From Promethearchaeia archaeon (lineage in GTDB: Archaea > Asgardarchaeota > Lokiarchaeia > Sigyniarchaeales > SOKP01): DNA of 32,000 nucleotides. A program made the position numbers and the translations under genes. The notes below the pieces were generated by a model that was given only the letters and a program-made list of their open reading frames with translations, had not been told where the DNA came from and did not search any database. This document shows, in pieces, positions 17,475 to 26,477 of this stretch. Numbering within the stretch: position 1 is the stretch's first letter; each line of letters opens with the position of its first letter. The stretch is from contig JAWOFX010000079.1 in the NCBI GenBank assembly GCA_046497275.1, positions 1-32,000 on the forward strand. The letters run 5' to 3'.

Positions 17475-19175
17475 TTATTCTTCAATTGAATCTAAATAAG
17501 ATTCGATTTTACCTTGGATAACCTCTGGTTTTTCTGCTTCTTCATCTTGCAAAGCAAGTTTTCTTTCGATCCCTTCTCTATGAATTGTATTCATCGCACA
17601 GAAAGGTATTTCAAGAACCTTATCGGAATTGTCTGGATCTATGACTCCGTAATGCACCAAACAACGTTGGACTCTGTCAAGGTCAAAATTATAGGCATCT
17701 TGGAAATGCATCGCTCCAATCATTAAATTCTTTGTATGAAGAAAATACCCCGCTGAGTCTAAACTTGGATTTAAGACTAATCGGGCAAAGGCTTGGTATG
17801 TTTTACTGGTGAATATTTTCTGAGGATTTTTCACGTATCGTGCGAGTCCAGCGAAGAAATAGGCTTTCATTGATTGACGATATCCTATATCGCTCATCTC
17901 ATCTACAAAATTTCCTACCTTTTCGGCTACAATTCCATATTTAGATAAATCAAAACCCTTAAAGATACCAGTCGGTCTCGGAACATCCTTATCATGTACC
18001 ATATCATAAACTTTATTCGCCCACTTGATTAACCCTTCTACATCGAAAAAGTTTTCTATCGGCTCGTATTCGTTCTTCTCATTTACGACACAAATAGTCG
18101 CAAATCCGCAATCCTTATGACTGAGCATCGCCCATTCTGGTTTATTATCAAACCACGCAAGGAGTTTTGTTAATTTTCCCGTCGTTGCAAGTGGATAAAA
18201 ACGATTCACAGCTCCATTTGTATGCTCATTTATTGCCACTTTCAAATCAGAGGTGGTATATCGTAGATCCATTAATTCCTCAAAACTAATTCTCCCACAA
18301 AGAGAAACTGGTTGGAACACAATCCCAGATATAACATCCGCATTATCTTTCCCATAATCTAAAATATTACCTATTTCATGATCATTCACACCATTCGCAA
18401 TTACTGGAACAAGCATAACGCCATATTGTCCAACTTCACGACAATTCTCTATAACTTTTTTCTTAAGAGGCCAAAGATTCACCCCTCTAATTTTTTTCCA
18501 CGTCTCAGGGTCATCCGTGGCATCAAATTGTAAATAGACTGCATCCATGCCTGCATCATGAAGTTTTCTCGTATACTCCAATGATTTACCCATTCGTACT
18601 CCATTCGTGGAAACCATTACCTCAATAAAACCTAATTCTTTTGCTGTTCGAATAATTTCTGGAAGATCATCTCGTATAGTCGGCTCTCCTCCCGCTAATT
18701 GGAGCATAGGGGCAGGATGAGGTTTCATTGAGCGAAAATGCTTCATGATCTGGACTATCTGGTCAAAGGTTGGCTCTACTATGTATCCCTTAGCGCTGGC
18801 ATTCGCGAAGCATATTGGACACGCTAAATTACACCGATTCGTCACATCGATTAAGCAGATACATGGAGCGGACTTATGATTCTCACAAACACCACAATCG
18901 TATGGACAACCATTTTTGGTTGGTTTGATCCCTGATGAAACATACACAGGTTTTGTCGTATTACGGTCAATTGAGCCCATCTTATCAGTAAACTCTTGAG
19001 CCCATTTATATTCATCTGGATCAATCGATATTTTATCTTTAAACTCGCCGTGGTCTTTACATTCCTTTCGCATCATTACCCAATTTGTTTTAGGATCTAC
19101 ATATATTTCTGCTTCTATTTGCTTTAAGCATTCTGGGCAAATTGATGTAGTGCTTTTGATAATTTCCTCCGTCAT
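17475..19175 (-). CDS. tes: Tetraether lipid synthase (Tes / GDGT-MAS) radical SAM enzyme
   Basis: N-terminal CPEC...C-x-x-HG metal site, CPYDCGVCENH auxiliary cluster, CNLACPIC SAM cluster, GGEPT, YLQFD, FQPVS and C-terminal SH-x-x-C / MHF-x-DAYNFD-x-x-R-x-x-RC-x-x-HY / PFC motifs, matching the methanogen enzyme as I recall it. Confidence 0.85.
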   Translation of the reverse strand: MTEEIIKSTTSICPECLKQIEAEIYVDPKTNWVMMRKECKDHGEFKDKISIDPDEYKWAQEFTDKMGSIDRNTTKPVYVSSGIKPTKNGCPYDCGVCENHKSAPCICLIDVTNRCNLACPICFANASAKGYIVEPTFDQIVQIMKHFRSMKPHPAPMLQLAGGEPTIRDDLPEIIRTAKELGFIEVMVSTNGVRMGKSLEYTRKLHDAGMDAVYLQFDATDDPETWKKIRGVNLWPLKKKVIENCREVGQYGVMLVPVIANGVNDHEIGNILDYGKDNADVISGIVFQPVSLCGRISFEELMDLRYTTSDLKVAINEHTNGAVNRFYPLATTGKLTKLLAWFDNKPEWAMLSHKDCGFATICVVNEKNEYEPIENFFDVEGLIKWANKVYDMVHDKDVPRPTGIFKGFDLSKYGIVAEKVGNFVDEMSDIGYRQSMKAYFFAGLARYVKNPQKIFTSKTYQAFARLVLNPSLDSAGYFLHTKNLMIGAMHFQDAYNFDLDRVQRCLVHYGVIDPDNSDKVLEIPFCAMNTIHREGIERKLALQDEEAEKPEVIQGKIESYLDSIEE

Positions 19176-19629
19176 TCTTATAACTCCGTAATTTTTAATT
19201 TTAAAAATTATTGAAAATTATTGATTAGAATTCTTAATATTTTACGCTTGATCAAATAAGTTCCTATTTAACCAAGAAAGTATTTTAATTATTTAGATTC
19301 TTAGCAAATAAATATTTTTCAATACAATTAATAATATTAATTAAATTAGAATTTTCTCTGAAATTATTTTAAAAATGATTTAAAATAATATAAATTTCTT
19401 CACATGAAAGATTAAAGATTTTTAAATAACAAGAATAGATATAATGGAAATAAATTTTTTAGTTCGCCTCTCCCAACAGTATTTTTTCCTTTATCTTACC
19501 TCAAATAAAATAGTGTATTTTTATCAATACTTAACCCCAATATAATTGAATTGTTCTCGTATTCATAGAATTAAGAAAATTTAGTGAGTGTTATTTTTAA
19601 ATTTCAAAATTATATTAATAATCATAGAA

Positions 19630-20733
19630 ATGACTGAATTTCGAGTAAATAAATTTATTACTCTTAGATTAGAGGGAAAAGAAACAGTCATATATGTTAA
19701 GAAAGAGCGTTTTCGACAGTGCAAATATTTATTCTTAATTGATCCAAGAAACACGGTCGATAACGATATTAATTCTATTGATGAAGCGGCGGAATCTTTT
19801 GAAAAGAAAATGGAGGGAGAGAATTTTACCTTGGATGAATTAGGACTTACTTCTGAGGATGTGTTTTGGGGACATTGCTCCAACCTCCAAGCGTGGGCGG
19901 AGAATGGGTATGATACACGGCTTATTCACTCTAATTTAGCATTCCCGCTGCTGAGGGTGCTGGCAGAGAAAGGGGACCCGCAAGCGAGAAAAGTTTTTAA
20001 AGAAGAAATCGCGCGACGCTTCTTAGAAGGGTCAATAACTACGAAAATTTTTCTTATGAATGAGGGTTTTCTTGATATCCTAACTATAGAAGAACTAGAA
20101 AGCATCATTCCGTCTAATATCATTTCTAAAATAAAATCTCTTAAGAATTTAATCGGAAAACGATTAAAAATGAAGAGTGACATAAGGGGAGTGGGACGAG
20201 AGTTAAATGCATACTCCTATGAGGAGGGTTATATCACAGGGATGAAATTTAGCTGTAAGACATTGGACAAATTCCCCGAAATTTTGAGAAAATTTTCTGA
20301 GCTTAAGATGCTTGAGATGGCATTGAAAAAAATAGAAGTGATTCCTGAATGGATTAATGAACTAAAGAAATTGAAAACGCTGAATTTAAGCTCTAATGCG
20401 ATTAGAAAAATACCCGACTTGAGCCTGCCAGAGTTGGAAACGCTTAGATTATCCTACAACCAACTGGAAACCATAGACTTTAGTGGGAGCGATTTGCCCA
20501 TACTAATGGAACTATATCTAAGTGATAATAGAATACACACAATTAAAGGATTAAAAAACCTAAAAAAACTTAAGATGCTAAGTATATGGCGAAATCAAAT
20601 CAATGATCTTCCCAATGATTTATTGAAATTACCTAAATTATTTGAAATAAGAATTAATAATTTAAATCCTATTAAAATTGACGAAGATAGTGTAGCTAAA
20701 GAATTAAAAAAAAAAGGAGTAGAGATTTATTAG
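19630..20733 (+). CDS. Lokiarchaeal-type leucine-rich repeat protein
   Basis: N-terminal EFRVNKFITLRLE...FWGHCSNLQAWAENGYDTRLIHSNLAFPLL domain plus ~5-6 LxxLxLxxN repeats. ATG at 19630 preferred over GTG at 19588. Confidence 0.85.
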   Translation: MTEFRVNKFITLRLEGKETVIYVKKERFRQCKYLFLIDPRNTVDNDINSIDEAAESFEKKMEGENFTLDELGLTSEDVFWGHCSNLQAWAENGYDTRLIHSNLAFPLLRVLAEKGDPQARKVFKEEIARRFLEGSITTKIFLMNEGFLDILTIEELESIIPSNIISKIKSLKNLIGKRLKMKSDIRGVGRELNAYSYEEGYITGMKFSCKTLDKFPEILRKFSELKMLEMALKKIEVIPEWINELKKLKTLNLSSNAIRKIPDLSLPELETLRLSYNQLETIDFSGSDLPILMELYLSDNRIHTIKGLKNLKKLKMLSIWRNQINDLPNDLLKLPKLFEIRINNLNPIKIDEDSVAKELKKKGVEIY

Positions 20734-20984
20734 AAAATTATTATTACAACGAAACTGATAGGTATGGATTTCCATCTTGACCAAGAGAAATTAGATAATT
20801 AATTTTTTTACTTGAATCTAATTGCTTTTTCTAAGAAATTATAAAGTCAGTCAAAATACCTTTTAAAGTGAGTTGTTTTTCACTATTAATTTAAAATTTT
20901 TTATTGATATTTTTTATAATTCGTGAATTTAAAAAGTACTATTTTTGGAGCATATTTTTTGGAGTGTTATTATAATGAAAAGGT

Positions 20985-21126
20985 GGCTCTCAGCCACAGA
21001 GACCTAAAGACAAGGTCAAAAATGAAATAGGGGGAGAAGACAAATCATCTCAGCGTTAAGCCGAGACACTAAGTGTATACTCTACACTAACCAAAAGACA
21101 AAAATCCAGGGTGTGAACTGAGAGCC
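20985..21126. ncRNA. Unclassified structured non-coding element (candidate ncRNA or MITE)
   Basis: 142 bp with 63 G+C (44%), versus 12 G+C in the 100 bp at 21141-21240. Terminal IR GGCTCTCAG/CTGAGAGCC, three internal hairpins, AAGACAA three times, no plausible ORF. Confidence 0.45.
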
Positions 21127-21304
21127 GTTTATATACGCCCTATTTATTTTTTTAAATTGGTATATCTATTTTATTAATATATGAAAATTTTTGCCTATCA
21201 CTATTTTTATTAATATAATTATAAACTTGTTAGATATTTATATTTATTGAAAGATTATCTGGATTACCCTTTTTATAGAAATATATTACCTATTGACTAA
21301 TAAA

Positions 21305-21703
21305 ATGAACGAATCGAATACAAAAAAAGAAGAAAAAGAATTAAAAATTGATATTGGATGTGGTGTATTTATTATAATTGGATTTATCGCATCTTGGATT
21401 AATATGGTAATAATATATGATGCGCAGGGCACCAGTATTCATCCCCAATTGAAAATATTCACGTATTTTACGATTATTTTCACGACGATTTTACCTACTG
21501 TTGGTATTGGGTTGATAAATAGGTTCTGGGGATATGCTTATATCTTGGGATTTGCGATGGCCGGTATTCCTTTTATCTTCATAGTTGATTTATTTATTGG
21601 GGCCTATACATTTGCCACTACAATGTTTATTTTTATTATTTTATGGATAATTTTTTGGAAAGCCTGGAGGAGCCTTAAGTCAATTAAGACAGTCCAAAAC
21701 TGA
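21305..21703 (+). CDS. Hypothetical membrane protein (~4 TM)
   Basis: Four hydrophobic segments with a basic C-terminal tail. ATG at 21305 or TTG at 21293. Confidence 0.8.
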   Translation: MNESNTKKEEKELKIDIGCGVFIIIGFIASWINMVIIYDAQGTSIHPQLKIFTYFTIIFTTILPTVGIGLINRFWGYAYILGFAMAGIPFIFIVDLFIGAYTFATTMFIFIILWIIFWKAWRSLKSIKTVQN

Positions 21704-21773
21704 TTTTAGAAAATGAGAATTCATAACGTTAAAAACCTATCAAAGAGAATCTAAAAATAAGACAAAAAAATAA

Positions 21774-22229
21774 TTATGTTAATAATTCAACTTCTTCGAA
21801 TATAACAGCATTAACTTTCTCAATAGATAAAAAGGCTCGTTTAATCTCCTCGATATCTTCCGTATCTAGATCATCGCCATTCACATAGGTTTCATAATAA
21901 CAATCGCTTAATTCATAACATAATCCAGTAGTGTGAAGCACTTCCTTACTCAAGTTTAATTCGCGCAACACGCTTGAAATTCCTTTGACTAAGTTTGGAG
22001 AAAATTCTTCCAATTTGATGAGGATTTTCTTAATGTTATTGGTCTTAGTTGGAAAGCAACTTATTTTTACAACATCTTCTCGAGAAATAAAAATGAGTAA
22101 GTAAAATGGGGCATCCATTACTTCATCTTTTATTTCATTCGAAAAGATCACATTCGACTGTAATTGGTCTTTGTCAATTATTAAACCAACAGAAATTTTA
22201 TTTTTCGGTGTGTCTTTCTCAGAGTTCAT
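21774..22229 (-). CDS. Hypothetical protein, possible C-terminal ACT-like domain
   Basis: 151-aa ORF. The C-terminal half has a beta-alpha-beta-beta-alpha-beta hydrophobic pattern (KILIKL / LVKGISSVLREL / VLHTTG / YYETYV / IEEIKRAF / VIFEEV). Fold is inferred. Confidence 0.6.
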   Translation of the reverse strand: MNSEKDTPKNKISVGLIIDKDQLQSNVIFSNEIKDEVMDAPFYLLIFISREDVVKISCFPTKTNNIKKILIKLEEFSPNLVKGISSVLRELNLSKEVLHTTGLCYELSDCYYETYVNGDDLDTEDIEEIKRAFLSIEKVNAVIFEEVELLT

Positions 22230-22485
22230 TTTTATCGAATAAAATATGATAATTAAGTAATATAAAGAAATCGATATAATTTTAATTTATTTTTTGATCT
22301 ATTATTAATCTTTTCTTTTTCTTTTTGATTTTATTGGAAATTGAAATCCTAAAGTTTTAGTAAATCTCGACTATAATATCACGGTAACATAAAAGTAATA
22401 TTCATGTTTTTTATCAAATTTTCTTTTCATTATTTAAAAAATAAGATTAATCTTTTCATCTCATTATAAGGGAGTTCAAATTAAG

Positions 22486-23004
22486 ATGGTATTTAAAAAA
22501 GAACCAATGGATCGATATCGTTCATACGGATTCGAAATGAAGGATTGGGATAATTTAGACTGGAATAAAAATCGATTTCATGCGATATATTTTATAGATT
22601 ATTTAACGGGCTCATTATTATTAGGGAATAAGTATTCAAATCAATCAAAAATATGTGAAGCAAACGAAGATTTAATAAGTAGTTTTTTAAATGCCATAAA
22701 TCTTTTTATTAATGAATTAAACCAAAATGATGATGATGAGGAAGAGATAAGAGAAATCAATTTCAAGGATTCTCGAATTCTCTATGAACGAAGAGGTCGA
22801 TTGATGGTAATAGGAATATCGAAAAAAACTAATCTTGTTATTGAGAGGACAATTCTTCAGAATTTACTCAATGATTTTTACGAGCGTTTCGAGTATAAGA
22901 TAACACATTTTAATGGTGTGATAGATCAAGAAATTCTAGGCTACAAAAAGTTCTTAAATAACCTGGATCACTATATTTTTAGTTACGATGAATTTAATCT
23001 ATAG
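22486..23004 (+). CDS. Longin-like domain protein
   Basis: AIYFID-x-x-TG-x-LL...EDLISSFLNAI-x-x-F-x-x-E...I-x-EI-x-F-x-D-x-RILYE...L-x-x-L-x-x-x-F-x-x-RF pattern, as in Asgard longin/sigma-adaptin-like proteins. Confidence 0.7.
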   Translation: MVFKKEPMDRYRSYGFEMKDWDNLDWNKNRFHAIYFIDYLTGSLLLGNKYSNQSKICEANEDLISSFLNAINLFINELNQNDDDEEEIREINFKDSRILYERRGRLMVIGISKKTNLVIERTILQNLLNDFYERFEYKITHFNGVIDQEILGYKKFLNNLDHYIFSYDEFNL

Positions 23005-23047
23005 TTTAATCTGCCCTGTTTATTTAAGTTAACAAAAAAAGCCCGAA

Positions 23048-23839
23048 TTATTTTATTCCAATAGGCTCCTCTTCGGGAATAGATTCCATCAAACTTAACA
23101 CAGTCAATTTCAAATTTAACATTTCGTAAACTTCAGTCCAGAGTTTTTCACACTCATTAGGATCTCCATTTAGACCACACTGGGTAATAAGTGAATCGAA
23201 TTTATTTTTCAAATCTTCTTTAAGAGTGTCTTGCCGATTTAAAGAAATATGTTGAGTTTCTAACCATCTGTCGATTGATTTTTTAATGTTAATTTCCTCC
23301 TCATTATTGAGCATATAAGTGACTTCAACTTCATCATATCCTTCTATCTTTTTGATGTACTCTTCATCTTGGTACATAGGTTTTATGAGCAAACCTAAAT
23401 TTATGATAAGAGGTTGAAGCTGAAGTTTTCCCAGGGAATCCGTTAAAACATCTAAGACTCTTTCTTTTTGGGAAAGTTTTGAATAATTAATATACTCTTG
23501 GATAAACCGCATCAAGGTATTTTTGATAAGTAATTGTTCAAAATCGTGAATAGTCTCATTGTTATACTCAAAGGATTTTTTGAGGGTAATAAAAAGAGAT
23601 TTCATAAAGGGTTTGATATCCTTAAACATTGCAAAATGATATACAAAATTCAGAACTTTTTCAAGAGTTTTGAGCTTAAACTCTTCTGGTTTAGACCATT
23701 CACTTGTGATGGATTCCAAGTCTTTATTATTCTCCGGAATCGAGAGAAACCGTTTTATTTGATCAAATTTGAAAGTTAAATCTGCATCCATCATACTTTT
23801 AATGAATTTAAATATTATTAAATCTTTGTGAATTATCAC
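23048..23839 (-). CDS. Hypothetical all-alpha protein
   Basis: 263-aa ORF filling an otherwise empty gap. No motif recognised; the start may be at the downstream MM. Confidence 0.75.
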   Translation of the reverse strand: MIIHKDLIIFKFIKSMMDADLTFKFDQIKRFLSIPENNKDLESITSEWSKPEEFKLKTLEKVLNFVYHFAMFKDIKPFMKSLFITLKKSFEYNNETIHDFEQLLIKNTLMRFIQEYINYSKLSQKERVLDVLTDSLGKLQLQPLIINLGLLIKPMYQDEEYIKKIEGYDEVEVTYMLNNEEEINIKKSIDRWLETQHISLNRQDTLKEDLKNKFDSLITQCGLNGDPNECEKLWTEVYEMLNLKLTVLSLMESIPEEEPIGIK

Positions 23840-23936
23840 AAAATAATGTTTCGATTATGATAAAATTATGTCGGAGATGCGAGTTTTCAATAGAGAAATG
23901 AGTGAAAAATAGACATTTTATCTATAAAAAAAAGAG

Positions 23937-25274
23937 TTAAAATACTGCTGGTGTAAGGGCTTTAGAACCATGTATTTTTGAGGATATTAAGAACCAAACT
24001 AATTTTAAGGATGATATGGGTACTAAATCCAGAGCAGAAACACCAGAAAGTTTAAATAGAGCTGTAGCAGTCTCTGCTAAATTATTGCAGTTATGAGAAA
24101 AATGAACCTTTTTCTTACCAAATGCGTCTCTTAATTTCTCTCCCACTTCGTCAATTGCACAAAATCCAGCAACTAATCCCTTTTCGTAGCCTTCTGATTT
24201 TAACTGCTCAATAATATTTGCATCATGTCCCTTACCCATAATAATAAAGAATCCTCCTTTGAATTTTTTAGGAAAATCATAAGCAAGTACTTGAAGCAAA
24301 GCTAATGGGTTATTTTGACAACCTTCTCGACATAATAACTCTGTTCCTTTTACTATTTTTACATCTTTAGGAAATCTCTGCAGCAGGTCCCAGTCATATT
24401 TTTGATTATATTGATCTAAATCTTTTCCAATTACCTCAATTTGGTTTAAATCGCCCTCTCCAAGACCTCTTTTAGATGCGATTCTTAAATGGGAAACTTC
24501 ATCAGTTGAAAGACCAAATATACGAGCACCTACTACATCGACAGCTAATGTATCTGTACCTCCTATCAAAATATTAAAATCAATAACTAATTCGTCTTCG
24601 AAAACAGTTGGCGGATAATGCCCATGTATTGTGCCTTCAGTACCATCAATTATTGTAGCATCTGGTTTAATATATTCATAAACATCAACGAGTTTTGAGT
24701 GGAGATTGTAATTATGATCCTTTCCTCTATCAGCATGTTGGGGAAACCCCCACTGATTCTTTATACCAAGAGTGACCACGGCCATTGAATGAGTTTTAAG
24801 TTTAGGTAAATCAATATAAGTAATAGAATCACGATTATCTATAATATCAACCACCGTTTCTGGTAGGCGAAACTCTTTCAAGATATAGCCTTTAGGATCA
24901 TTACCTACGGAATTCTTTCCTTTAAAGGTGAAAGTTTTTGTTTTCTCTTCATCAAGGTAAATTGGAGTAGCTCCCGTCGATTTACATACCTCTTTATAAC
25001 CATTTATTTCGAAAACTATCCTTGTAGCATTTGACTGAGTGGAATTTTCCATCACATACACTTCAGCATCTTTTTCAATAAAATATTCAACTACAGCTTT
25101 CAATACATCTGGCGATGTATAACAATGAGGTTTGAAATCGATACCATTAGGTTTAATATAGACTCTATTAGAACTTTTGAGAAGTGAACCACTTGATTTT
25201 TCAAGTTTTTCTAAAATCAAGAACACAGTATTTTTAATTCCATCTTTTATATCTTCTATATAAACTTGTGTCAT
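23937..25274 (-). CDS. DUF362-domain (probable Fe-S) protein
   Basis: V-x-IKPN...T-x-P-x-VL, PKLKTH, TLGIKN-x-x-G, IIDG-x-x-G, D-x-x-AVD motifs, with a Cys-containing C-terminal extension. Confidence 0.85.
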   Translation of the reverse strand: MTQVYIEDIKDGIKNTVFLILEKLEKSSGSLLKSSNRVYIKPNGIDFKPHCYTSPDVLKAVVEYFIEKDAEVYVMENSTQSNATRIVFEINGYKEVCKSTGATPIYLDEEKTKTFTFKGKNSVGNDPKGYILKEFRLPETVVDIIDNRDSITYIDLPKLKTHSMAVVTLGIKNQWGFPQHADRGKDHNYNLHSKLVDVYEYIKPDATIIDGTEGTIHGHYPPTVFEDELVIDFNILIGGTDTLAVDVVGARIFGLSTDEVSHLRIASKRGLGEGDLNQIEVIGKDLDQYNQKYDWDLLQRFPKDVKIVKGTELLCREGCQNNPLALLQVLAYDFPKKFKGGFFIIMGKGHDANIIEQLKSEGYEKGLVAGFCAIDEVGEKLRDAFGKKKVHFSHNCNNLAETATALFKLSGVSALDLVPISSLKLVWFLISSKIHGSKALTPAVF

Positions 25275-25585
25275 TTAACTCACATTATAATTATCTTATA
25301 TTGCAATATTATTTTTGGTTTTCTGGTATAAATAAGTTGTTAAGACTTATATTTCTCATCACTAATATTAATCGTTATTTCCATGAAAACAGTTCTGAAT
25401 TTAAGATTAGTATTAAACGGATTAAACTGTTGAGATAATATAATCGTTTTCACTGAATAGAATCATTAATAAAATCAGTTATTTTATGACTATAGTAGTA
25501 AATGTTTAAATATAACTTCAAACATTATTTAAAGAGAAAGATAATCTTTCTGAAAAAATAACTCTTAATAAAAAAGGTGGATATT

Positions 25586-25864
25586 ATGGGAAAAACATTT
25601 GGCATCATATCGCTTATATTGGCATTAATAGCCTTAATTCTTGGATGGTTAATAATTTGGTTCGTACCCTATGGTGGGATAATAACCTATAGTTTATGTG
25701 GTGTCGCAGTCGTTTTGGGTATTGTTGGGATCGTTGTAGATGATTCTAAAGGATTAGGCATAGCTGGGTTAATTTTAGGAATCATAGCTTTTATAGTTAA
25801 TTTTCTGATGGTTTTCTTTTTGCTGGCGTTTATTTTAACTATGCTCGGTATGTCGATGACATAA
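25586..25864 (+). CDS. Small membrane protein (DUF4190-like), paralogue 1
   Basis: 92 aa, 3 TM, DDSKGLGIAGLILG. The SD-like AGGTGG upstream favours ATG at 25586. Confidence 0.8.
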   Translation: MGKTFGIISLILALIALILGWLIIWFVPYGGIITYSLCGVAVVLGIVGIVVDDSKGLGIAGLILGIIAFIVNFLMVFFLLAFILTMLGMSMT

Positions 25865-26134
25865 AATATAAAAATTAAATTTCTCCTTTTTTTTATTTTA
25901 TTGAATTCGTAACTTAGTATTTCACTAAGAACCATTCTTTTTTTCATCCTAATATGAGGGATAGCTATATTTAGAGATGATGATTTTCACAGAATATAAC
26001 GTTTATTTCACGGATTATTTTCATTACTATTTAGATCATGATTAAAAAGGAAAGTTTAAATTTGTTCATCCCTAATATCACTAAACTTATCTAAAAATTT
26101 AAAATAAGTTTAATTAAACTTAAAAGTGGAAATT

Positions 26135-26413
26135 ATGGGAAGAACTTTTGGAATCATTTCCTTTATAGCGGGATTAATCGCTTTTAGCGCTGGATGGGCA
26201 TTAACTTGGTTTCTTAGCCCTTGGGGTAAATATTTTCCTTATGTTTTTAGTATTCTTGCTATAGTGTTTGGAATTTTAGGAATTGTTAAAGAGGACTCAA
26301 AAGGATTAGCGATAGCAGGATTAGTATTAGGAACAATTGCATTAGTTGTGGCTATTGTTCTTGCGCTTTTCGTAGAAGGTGTAATTGCTGGATTTATTGA
26401 CGCTATTACATAA
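26135..26413 (+). CDS. Small membrane protein (DUF4190-like), paralogue 2
   Basis: 92 aa, 3 TM, EDSKGLAIAGLVLG. Colinear with paralogue 1. Confidence 0.8.
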   Translation: MGRTFGIISFIAGLIAFSAGWALTWFLSPWGKYFPYVFSILAIVFGILGIVKEDSKGLAIAGLVLGTIALVVAIVLALFVEGVIAGFIDAIT

Positions 26414-26477
26414 TAAATTCTCTATTTATAATTTAGAAATTCTTTTTTTTTTTTAATATTTTCATAACTTTCTTATT

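Noticed and set aside
19461-19478. GTTCGCCTCTCCCAACAG resembling a tRNA 3' end or att site
   Set aside because: Only a few bases match, there is no T-arm stem or acceptor pairing, and no integrase is present.
20744-20800. Short frame with internal TGA (YNETDRYGFPS-TGA-PREIR) as a possible selenopeptide
   Set aside because: It has no start codon, no redox motif and no recognisable SECIS, and it is too short to support.
20985-21126. Retron msr-msd, tRNA-Sec, hammerhead or C/D-box sRNA interpretations of the structured island
   Set aside because: There is no reverse transcriptase nearby and no long msd hairpin, no cloverleaf, TCA anticodon loop or T-loop, no CUGAnGA/GAAA core, and the C/C' boxes are only poor matches.
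21107-21145. TPP-riboswitch-like fragment (AGGGTG...CTGAGA...ATAC-CCC)
   Set aside because: The second half of the aptamer (GAACCUGAU...AAU...GCGUAGGGA) is absent, and no thiamine gene follows.
25501-25526. Imperfect IR AATGTTTAAA-N6-TTCAAACATT over a TATA-like box
   Set aside because: It is almost entirely A/T and such repeats are expected by chance at this composition, so it is not supportable alone.
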